Of a stretch of DNA of 64,000 bases, positions 36,829 to 46,659 are shown piece after piece. The DNA lies in NCBI GenBank assembly GCA_017654855.1, contig CM030332.1, forward strand, positions 3,100,001 to 3,164,000, given 5' to 3'. This DNA is from Podospora anserina (taxonomy: Eukaryota). Position 1 is the first letter of the stretch; each line of letters starts with the position of its first letter. The notes beneath the pieces were generated by a model. It made no database searches and was not told the DNA's origin. It worked only from the letters and a program-made list of their open reading frames with translations. The position numbers and the translations under genes are program-made.

Positions 36829-37596
36829 TGTTACGGTTCAGGAGAAGCGAAGACGCCAGGACTAGTGAGACTAGAGCGGGCGGACAATTGGGGCCTGTGG
36901 AGTAGGGAATAGCACGGGTTAGGGGATCTAGAATTTAAGAGATAGATCCGTAGATCTATGGATTTAGAGCTAGATCCAAAGATCTAGAATTTGGAAGCTA
37001 GATCCAGGAGATCTAGGAAATAAAGGATAGATTCAAGTACAGAGGTACTTAGAATTCTAGTGGTTTGGGGTGCAGCTATAGGCCTAAGGGTATGTGTGAG
37101 GAAGTGGGGCTCACGGTGGATTCAGGGGTTCAGAAGTTATATATAAAAGCAGTTTGCTTCTCGCATTCTATTTTAGACAGGACATCGCCTTTTATTTCTT
37201 TAAATTTTGTGCCTTATACGCGTGCAGGCAATTCTAGCCCTCTGATTAGGCTAATCCGGTGCTTATTATATGGCTTGCGAGCCCATAGCGTTTTTTCTTT
37301 GTCCTACGTGAAGTGCGGCCTGTAAGCGAGTCACTGTCACGCAGGTATATTCATTCAGAGACCTGTTGAGGGTATATTTGTAGTGTTGTAGTTATTTTGT
37401 GTGTTTTCTCACTATTTCATTATTCGTGTCACAGTGCCGACCAAGGACTAGGGTAAGTGTCTTGTTATTGCGCGAGGTAAAGGAAAAGAGGCGCAAAGCT
37501 CCCTCCGAAGCGGTGTCTAAATACAGCTGAAGCGGCACTGCTCTTTCCGAGCCTTACACTCTGTTTTCCTATGAGCCTCGCTTTGATGCCGTGACA
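36829..37596. mobile_element. Second solo LTR (about 768 bp) with an internal approx. 28-bp x4 tandem repeat; flanking 5-mers do not match
   Basis: TGTTACGG...CCGTGACA inverted termini; TATATAAAA box near 37139; repeat GATCTAGAATTT..AGCTAGATCC at about 36925-37035; sharp GC boundaries. Confidence 0.75.
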
Positions 37597-38000
37597 TTAC
37601 TTTTGTATTAATTAATATCTGTATAGTAATTTTAATATTAGTACTGTTCATAAAATAGTTATTGAGAAAAAAAATTTACTTACGTAATTGAAAATAAAAA
37701 ATCTTTTTATTTATAATAATAATTATTACTTTTTGATAGAAAACTATTATTTTTTAATTTAATTTAGCTAAAAAATACATAGATATAGGATACATTAGAT
37801 TTTTTAGCTATTTTGGCTCGTATTATATTATCCAGTTAAAAAAAATAACCCTCTCTCCGTAGGAGAAGGGAGCTTGCTTTCGCACAGACCCTCGGTTAAT
37901 TGTGCCATGGATTTTCGACGTCATCTCATTCAAGGTGCAGCATGTCAATAATCTCAAATCGCCCTGCATCATCCAATTGCGCTATACTCAACACCCCAAG

Positions 38001-38287
38001 ATGCGTCTCTCAGGTCTCCAAAAAGAAGTCCTCGGTCTTTATCGGCAGTGTCTTCGAGAATGCCGCAAGAAGCCGGAGGCCACACGGAAACACTTTCAGA
38101 CCTTTGCTCGGTAGGATGCTCACGCTTCACTACATGACTTCAATACTGACCTTGAAACAGCGAGGAGTTTGAGAAAAGCATCAGTCTAGACAAAAGAGAC
38201 TTCTCTGCAATTGAATTCCTACTGCGCAAGGGTCGTCGCCAGCTCGAAATGTATGCATCACCAGGGGTCAAAGACATCAGGAAATAA
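38001..38287 (+). CDS. SDH6: Succinate dehydrogenase assembly factor 1 (LYR-motif protein); intron 38111-38160
   Basis: Spliced MRLSGLQKEVLGLYRQCLRECRKKPEATRKHFQTFAREEFEKSISLDKRDFSAIEFLLRKGRRQLEMYASPGVKDIRK, typical SDHAF1/Sdh6. Confidence 0.9.
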
Positions 38288-38612
38288 TCGCCCTGAATGC
38301 TCATGCTCTTTCTCGAGCACCTATAAGGAGTGAGCCAGTAGTGGCAGTAGTTACCACGAACAACAACAAAAACAGTTCCTGGCGCCTGCCACTATGAGCC
38401 ATCTCGAGTCCCCCTTCTCAGCTCGGTGTCGCAGTTTCCTCTCCTTTGCTTCCGGTTCCGTCCAATACAATGTTGTTTGAGGTCTGAGACTCCTCTTCCA
38501 TTTACCACCCATACTGTTCACACAAACGCGCCCAACAGCCATACCACCGGCTCCTTGCCTGGTTTTTTTTTTTTTTTGGAATCGAGTTTTTTTTTTTTGG
38601 AATATATGGACG

Positions 38613-41600
38613 ATGCCTGCATTCAACTTAACTTAGAAGGAAAGTTCGCACCGTCGGCCAAAGTTCAGACCAACGCCATCACCACCACCACCACCCAATG
38701 TCAATCCAAATGCTCCCCCCATTTTAAGTCCTTCAACCGCGAGTGCCAGTCCGGCTCATAGAGCTGCTCAGGAGGCCATACGGAAGCCTCTGAGCGAGTC
38801 CCTTAGGAAGCTACGCCGTGCCCAACGTGCCCTTACACGGCGAAAGAGGAGGAGCAGGGTTCGTGTATCGTTTAGACACTCTACTGGCAGTCGGACCTCT
38901 AGTACGGCCAAGCGAGTGTCGAGGCAGCTCAAGGCTGGTGATGTCAAACAAGGCGGCGGCAGTCCAAGATCCCGTCCTCTTCCCCCGCCGCCGTCGTCAG
39001 AGGAAAATGTGGGAGGTTGCTCTTGGAGCCCGTCGAAGCCACCGCGTCCGCCGCCGAAAGATAATATTCGAGCGAATATCAAGCAAGCCGGTGAAACCCG
39101 ACACAGACACGCGCCGCCAAAGAAACCTGCGCCGCCAAAGAAACCTGCGCCGCCAAAGAAACCTGCGCCGCCAAAGAAACCTGCCCAGCCATCATCACAT
39201 CCCAACACCAGGAACCAGACATCGGGGGGCCCACAGACTGAACACATTAAGGCTGTTTTCGACTGTACCAAAGGGAAAACACTAGTCGCAACACCAGTAG
39301 ATCACAACCTTACACGACGCCGAGTGCAGACTCCTCGCTATTCAGTATTCCCCAAGGCCCATCCCCGCCACTGCAAACGTTCAGTTGACCCAGTCAAGGA
39401 GTCGATCATGATCCGGAAAAGTCCGATTATTCAACAGCAACGGCTATCAGCTTTGGTACTGTCACCGCCAGCACAGACCACAACAACAACAACAACACCT
39501 GTTCCCCCCCACCAGAAACAACTCCCCGATGTAGCAAAAATTTCAGGTATGAACCCCAAGCAGCGGGAAGAAGCAGCCACAACAACAAGAACCGAACCCA
39601 AAACCGACTCTGAACGAACCCTTGACGAATTTGTCCGTGAGCTGGAGGGGTTTGCAAAGGCGTTTGATGGGACTCGTGGGTCGTTGTTGTTGTCTACACC
39701 GTCAACGACGGCTTCGGTGAGGACGGTGCGGGAGCTTTTGCCTTGGAGGGAGGAGTTTTGGGAGGTGGGGTTGGCGGTTACTTCTTGCGAGCAGAAGGGA
39801 CAGGTGAGGAGGTATGATGAGGGGGGAAAGAAGTTGGAGGGGAGTAGGACGAGGAGGTTGGATCAGTTTGGGGGGAGTAATGTGCCGAAGGTTGGGGCGA
39901 AGGGGAAGGGGGGTTTGGGGATGGGCGTCGTGAAGAGGGTTTCGTCTTTGGATATCACTTTGGCTGCTAAAGAGTTGAGTTTTGGGACGGGGGTTATGGA
40001 GGGGGTGGCCTCTTTGGGGAGTAAGGAGTCAAGTTCGGGGACGGTGGTTGTTTATAAGCCGAGACGGGGGATGATGGCTGATGAGACGGAGATGAAAGAG
40101 GAGGGCAGCAGCTCGCGGAATAACGAGATTTATTCGGGGTCGAGTAGTACGTCTGTTGAGCCGGTTAAGCTGGCGGCGGTGGAGAAGAGAGTTGTTAGGG
40201 CGAGGGCGAGTACGGTGTTTTTGGCGAATAAGCCTTTGCCTGTTGCGCCGGCGTCGTCTGTGGCGGCGAGTTCGGAGGATGTGGGAACTACGGTGGGATC
40301 GCAGAGTGAGGTAAAACCGGAGGGATATCAGAAGCTGGGGTCTAGTTCTGGGAGTGAGAAGGAGCCGTTGCTGCCGCTTTCGGAGCAGCCGGTGAATAGT
40401 TCCTCGGGGGAGAGGTCGGTGAAGGGGAAGGAGGTGGATAGGGGAGGGGGGGAAGATGAGAAGGTGTTGCCTGCGCTGCTGCCGCCAAGGACGGCGCCGC
40501 AGGTGAGGCATGGGATCAAGAGTGATTGGCAGGCTGGGGGTAGTATGGTTAGTGCGTGGAGGCAGTTGCCTACTACTATTGTTGAGGAGAGCGAGCCGTC
40601 GCCGGAGAAGGAGGTGAGGGTGTTGGGGGTGAAGGGGAGTATCGATCAGGAGCAGAAGCTCTTGATGGAGAACAAGGGTGTTAATCAGGCGCATGGCTTG
40701 AACAAGCAGGCGGGAGTTTTGAAGACAAAGACAGAGTTGGAGGCGAAGGGGAAGGGGATTAATACTCCTATGCCAACACCAGCTCAGGGGAAGACACCGG
40801 TAAAGGCACCATTTGTCATTAATCGCGGCGTTATCACCAAGACACCTGAGCTTCTCCTCCCCCAAACATGGGAACACCACCCCCTAGGCACGCCATCCTC
40901 CTTTAAGAGAGCGCTCGATGACGTGGTGCGAAAACTCGACGCGATGGAGGTGAGGGAATGCTCCTCCCCCTTTGGTGCAGTGTCATCGCCAACGACAATG
41001 ACAATCACAACAAGCAGCAGCACCAAAAAAAGAACGTCTTCGTCGTCTGGGAGCAACGGGAAAACCCCCTCACCAACAACACCGGCGCAGAGGCTGCAGA
41101 AGGCGGCGATGATGAGAAGGGAGAGGATGGATGCTGAGCAGCAGCAGCAACAGCAGCAGTGTGCTAACTTGCCCCCTTCTGCTTCTATTGTTCAACCGGT
41201 ACGTTCACGGGAGTATATACCGTATATGATGCCGCCTCCTGGAGGGTTGGGGTTCAGGCCGAGTGAGTCGAACTCTTCTAGAGGGTTGGGGCAAGGGCGG
41301 AATTTGAGGAAGGGGCTTTTTGCGGGGGTGGGAGCAAGGGAGATGGAAGACGACAGGGATATTTCTGATGAGGATGTGCTGAAGGGACTGAAGATTATTT
41401 GTGCGGCGTCGGCGGATAAGGAGTTTGATGGGTTGGTGAGGAGGGAGACGGGGTTGAGGTTGAGGAGGTTTTTGGCGGATTTGAGGACTTTTGAGTTTTT
41501 GGGCGGGAATGGGCAGGTGCCTGGGCTTGGTGGTGGTGGGCGGCAACAGATGGGGGTTATGGAAAAGAGGAGGAGGGATGTGCAAGTTGAACGGGAGAAT

Positions 41601-41759
41601 AGGAGACGGAGTATTAGGGGGATGGATGGGTTGAGGGGTCTTGGGGATGGAAAGAATATGAAGGAGAGTAAGAGAGAGGGAATGGGAGTTAGAGAGAGTG
41701 TGCGGGATAGGGATACTAGGAGGGGTTTTAGGGGGTTGGGGAATGGACTGATGAGGTAG
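38613..41759 (+). CDS. Large low-complexity hypothetical protein (1048 aa) with a premature TAG at codon 8 (38634-38636)
   Basis: ATG CCT GCA TTC AAC TTA ACT TAG AAG GAA..., then open to 41759; the next in-frame ATG is at 39408. C-terminal globular-looking motif DISDEDVLKGLKIICAASAD...ETGLRLRRFLADLRTFE. Confidence 0.7.
39110..39184 (+). repeat. Perfect 18-bp tandem repeat x4 encoding APPKKP
   Basis: GCGCCGCCAAAGAAACCT repeated four times. Confidence 0.9.
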
Positions 41760-41987
41760 TTGGGCGAGGGTATTGGTTTGGTCATGCAATGGAGAAAATG
41801 ATTTGGCCGGGTAATGGTAGTTTTAGGATAGAAATAAAGGCTTTTGCATATATACACTGCGCAACGGGAATGATACTTGCTGGAGTGCTCTATGGTGTTT
41901 TAGTGCCCCTGAATGCTGCATCAACAGTGCGATGGAGAGAGCGGCCAATGTGTAGCTTGGGTTTGTTTAGTAAAGGCATCAACGAAC

Positions 41988-42104
41988 GGTGAGATGGCCG
42001 AGCGGTCTAAGGCGCCAGGTTCAGGCCCACCTGAATTTCTGATTCTTCTCTGAAGTATCTTCCTGGTCTCGAAAGGGGCGTGGGTTCGAATCCCACTCTC
42101 ATCA
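41988..42104 (+). tRNA. tRNA-Leu(CAG) with an approx. 35-nt intron and long variable arm
   Basis: GGTGAGATGGCCGAGCGGTCTAAGGCG, anticodon arm CCAGG-TTCAGG[intron]T-CCTGG, variable arm TCTCGAAAGGGG, GTGGGTTCGAATCCCAC, acceptor TCTCATCA, downstream T-run. Confidence 0.92.
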
Positions 42105-43260
42105 TATATTTTGACTTTTTATTATTATTTTTAATACCATCTCTCTGAATGGACAAGCTCTCTCATGCATGGGTTACCCTCCCTAAAACATAGCAAAATT
42201 TGTTGGTGTTGCCGTTGGGCTTAGGATAAAGGAGGAATACAGAGTTTATTTCAGGAAGTTGCTGTGTCTTGGTCTGGGCTTGGCTTGTTTGTGTACCTAA
42301 GAAAGGGGCCCCCTTTTTAGGCTTCATGCAGTCAGACAACATGAAAATATCTATGCACTGACAGAGTAAATCACAGCAACCATAAAAGAGGTCTCGGAGT
42401 GCAAATTGGTCAGTTATGTTACAGAAGCATTCTAGAAGCTGACTTTATCTCCCACTGCTGTGGGCGATTGGTGCGCCTCTGATGTTCTATTTATCACAAA
42501 CACCACAAATAGAACAGATCGGACTTTACTGATATCCTTCTATGATATTTGAGTCAAGTTAATACCTCACCGTTATACTATCCATCCCCGCAAGTGACGC
42601 GTTATCTCTCTCAACTTTGAATCTTATTAGAGTGCGTGGTTTATTATTGTTCCTCCTGCAAAGTATTTGAGATATTTTGTGTGTGTTTGTTCAAGACTGT
42701 CTTCATGATCTCCATTGCAGGAGGTGTATCACCGCATATAGATTGTCTCCCTCTGCAAGTCATTCAAAACGGTCTATCTTGTCGTGATCATATCATGATA
42801 GTGATATGAAAACGAACAGACTCTCGGTGCGGGTCACGGCTCGCGGCACGGCATGCTTATTTCTCTGGTACGGTAGGATTTCAACAGTACCTGTGATCCC
42901 CGTTTCTACATGGAGTGTCTGAACGGAAGTGTGGGACTGATCCCTCTGGTAGCCCAGTCCAGCAGCGTATCCGTCGGAGCCCAGTAATCAAACAACCCCG
43001 GTTTGACGCTGGCTCTTGCATATTAGATTACGGGGCTGCACATTCCAAGACAGACAAGGCGTGGAATTTTGGTATGTGTCTTGGTTCAAATTTATCTGGG
43101 TCGAGCGATGTCCCCTCTCGTCGTGGTCTCAACACCAGAAACAAAGAGGTTGCCCTGTATAAAGCCAGAAGCGAAAGGGAAGTTCTGTGCAGTAGCTCTG
43201 CATACACCTATTCACCCTTATGCAGAAGAGACAGGTGAGGTGTGTACATCCGCGGTGGGG

Positions 43261-43263
<3 letters not shown>

Positions 43264-43342
<79 letters not shown>
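43264..43342. repeat. Compound microsatellite (CA)n(GA)n
   Basis: About 24 CA units followed directly by about 15 GA units. Confidence 0.95.
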
Positions 43343-43343
<1 letters not shown>

Positions 43344-44968
43344 AAGCACAAGGGCTAGATTCAATCAAACTGGGATCATCCCGACTGCTTTCGGGATGGC
43401 GAATGTGGTGGTACGAAGTCAAGTCCGAAGGCGGGCAAGTAGTAGTAAATACACGGGAAGTCTAGGAACGACGAGTATCCGGTACCTGCTCGCCATGTGG
43501 AGAACGGGGTCGAGGCCAAGATGCCCACTCCCAGCTGTTTGGGCTATTTTGCCTGACCGGGTATTATGCTTTAGTGCCACGGGTGAAAAGGGTTGGCGTG
43601 CAGGAGTGGTAGACGGTACCTAGGGGTGAGGTAGGGGGTACCTTGAAGAAGGAGAAAGGGTGTGTGGGGGGGGGGGATAATGGGGAGCGGGTAATATAAA
43701 TGATTGTGGTTTTATCGATCAATTGCTCGAGTTGGGAAGCTGATCGTCAGAGGGGAAGGGGGGTGGGAATGTTTGGTACGGTGGTATCGATGGGAATAAT
43801 CAGTTGAGGATGGATGGGGATGTGATGATGCGTGGCGGATTGTAACCTCTTGGTTTCTTCACGGTCCAATGTGATGTTCCCATTTCGCTTCTAGAACTTC
43901 TCATCTCGTCTCATGATGCCCTTTTGTAGTAGAGACTCTAGGCTGGTCTAGTGCTGTTGTCTTTGCCACATATTCCTACCTCGATGTTGCCCTCATGTTG
44001 CTGTAAGATCTAGGCTTTGTCTGGTGGTGGTACCGACCCTCGGTCTCCTCGCTCTCCAACTTGCGGCAAGAAAACCCTTCTGGAGAGTCTGGTCCGGGAA
44101 AAACCCACGCGAGGTGCAAAAGATGCCTGAAGTTTGGAAACCCCTCCCCGAATCGTGATGGACCCAAAACCCGAGTGGACGGAACAGATCTAGTGTTTCC
44201 CTACATCAGGCAGGGCCAAGGGGGCAATGAACCGGGCGGATGGGAGAATGTCAAGACGTGAAGCGAGAGTCAGGCAGCCATTGGGATCATCACCGGTGAT
44301 GAGTTGTCCCAAGTGAAGGGGCCATGATGACCGGTGATGAGATCCAATCAACATCGTCATGCGAAAAAAAGAAAAAGTTACCATCAGCCCTCCATATTCC
44401 ATTTCCGGCAACAAGGTGAAGTGAAGCCATCACCACAAACCTCTCCACCTCCCTCACCGTGGTTAAATCCAAGAGATAACGACATAATCAGCACACCAAT
44501 CCAAAATAACGAGTCAGAGATCCAAGGTGAAGCCATCACCACCTTGAGACAATCTCCCTCACCGTGGCTAAATTCAAACGCGGCACCCCCAATCTTCCAA
44601 ACTATCCATAAGGCACAACCACCATATATCACAAATTTCATGAAACCGAGCGAAAAGCATAATTTTCCAAACACATATATTGAGTAGGTGGTTTGTATTG
44701 AGGTAGTAATAGTATTGGGGGGGGGGTATATAGTAAAAAATAGATTATTCCATCCAACAACAGAGACACGCGCGCGCATATTAAACAAAATCCACCACTA
44801 TGCAACTTCAATGTTTTTTTGTTCATCGTTCGCGTAAACACATAATCTTCAATGTCCCGAATTAAAATAATAAGCGACATCAAAATCGCGCGCGCACGCA
44901 AAACAAAACATCAAACAAGTCGCCTTTTTTCCCCACAAAAAGCAAGAGCTAAAAACAAGCCAACTGCT

Positions 44969-46659
44969 TTAAGCAGACTTGGTCTCGCTGATCTGAGTCT
45001 CCTTCTCGACCTGGTTAAGGTCGACGCGGGCAACCTCAGCCTCGTCACCGTCGATGATCTTGGCGAGCTCCTCGAGGGTGGGGCCCTTGGTCTCGACATA
45101 CATGAAGTAGACAAAGGCAAGCTCGAGGAAGATCCAGCAGGTGTAGATGAGGTAGAGCTTCCAGGTGCTGTTGGTGGGGCCGAAGAAGTCGAAGGCGACG
45201 GGGTTGGCGTAGATGTTGAGGGTGAGAGCGCACTGGACGGACAAGTTCATGACCATGAGACCCTTGGCGCGGAGCTTGTAGGGGAGGATCTCGATGGCGT
45301 AGCCGACGAGGAGACCGGACCAGGCGAGAGAGTACATGATGCCGAAGACCCAGATGAAGAAGATCATGGCCTTGTCGGCACCGGGGGACTGCTTGGTGTC
45401 CCAGAGAGCAGAGCAGATGGTCCAGAAGACAAAGGTGCAGAACATGCCACCGGTGGAGGCCAGGAACATGGGGCGGCGACCGACCTTGTCGACAAGCATG
45501 GCCATGGTGACGGAGACGATGAGGGCAAGGCAGGTCTGGCCGGCACCGAGACCGAGCTTGGCAGTCTGGTCGGTGACACCGGCCGAGTCGTAGAGCTTGG
45601 AGGAGTAGTTGGAGATGATAGCGTTACCAGACCACTGGGAGAAGATACCGAGGGAGATGAGGACGGCGAATCTGTAGCGGTTGCCCTTGGTGCGGAAGAA
45701 ATCGGCGTAGCTGGAGTTGCCCTTGGCCTCGTACTCGAGACGGATGGTCTCCTTGATCTCCTGGTACTCGAACTGGACGGTGGGGTGCTGGTCGTTGCCG
45801 TTGGCGTGGTACTTGGCGAGCATGGCAAGAGCCTGGTCGTGCTTGTCCTTGGCAATGAGGAAACGGGGGGACTCGGGGACCCAGTAGATGAAGGCAAGCT
45901 GGATGAGCGAGGGGAGAGCCTGGAGAAGGGCGGGCACACGCCACGACCACTCGGTGGGGACGTAGGCGGTGCCGAAGGCGAGCCAGGAGACGATCAAGGC
46001 ACCGACGTTCCACAGGCAGTTGTAGACGCTGGTAAGACGGCCACGATGCTGGGGATGGCAGATTTCGGTGAGAAGCATGGGAGACGAGATCTGGGCGAGG
46101 GAGTTGCCGAAACCGAGGAGGACACGGCCACCCATGAAGACACGGATGTTGGTGCAAGAACCCTGGATGACGGCACCGACAATCATGATAACGCAGCCAA
46201 TGGCGATGGGGAGCTTGCGACCAAAGTTATCGGCGAGGAGAGGGCTGTAGACACGGGCCAGGTCAGCAATCGTTGATTGTCATTGGGCTTCTTTCTGGAA
46301 TCCAAAACTTACACGATAGGGATAGAGACCAAAGAACCAATCTGGTAGAGAGCACCGACGAGACCGAGGAGGGAACCTCTGGGTCTCTCGAAGTAGCTGT
46401 CCCACTGCTCCATGTTCTGGACAGCGTTGAAAAGCATACTGTATATACCATGTTAGCAAGGGACCCCCCAGTTTTGCTTCCGAAACCAAACGTACCCATC
46501 GTAACCGGTGGTAGCAGAGGCAACGCAAAGAATGATGGCGAAGAAGTAGAGCTTGCGAAGACCGGGCTCCTGACGCCAGTTGACTCTCTCAAACTGAGGA
46601 GCCTCCTCCTGGGCGACCTCGGCCGCCGCAGCTTGGGGCTTCTTATCGAAGATGCCCAT
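44969..46659 (-). CDS. cdt-2: MFS sugar porter, cellodextrin/xylodextrin transporter CDT-2 type (introns 46439-46495, 46245-46312)
   Basis: N-terminus MGIFDKKP...QEEAPQFERVNWRQEPGLRKLYF...ASATTGYDGM resembles Neurospora CDT-2 as I recall it. Sugar-porter motifs PESPRFL, SQWSGNA, DKVGRR, ETKGPTLEE. Strong codon bias. Confidence 0.88.

Larger units (their letters stand above)
35913..37896. mobile_element. RIP-degraded Tc1/mariner (Fot1/pogo-like) DNA transposon remnant with TIRs and TA target duplication
   Basis: Left TA|ACAGAGGGTCTGTGCGAAAGCAAG; right CTTGCTTTCGCACAGACCCTCGGT|TA (23 of 24 matches, weaker similarity further inward). Interior is extremely AT/TpA-rich with no intact transposase. 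Confidence 0.85.

Noticed and set aside
36925-37035. Regularly spaced approx. 28-bp repeats that could suggest a CRISPR-like array
   Set aside because: Contiguous degenerate tandem units without unique spacers, inside an LTR of a eukaryotic genome.
44852-46276. 474-aa + strand ORF (and similar long antisense ORFs over MCM4, OST1, the kinase and MSH3)
   Set aside because: Shadow ORFs produced by strong codon bias of the real gene on the opposite strand.
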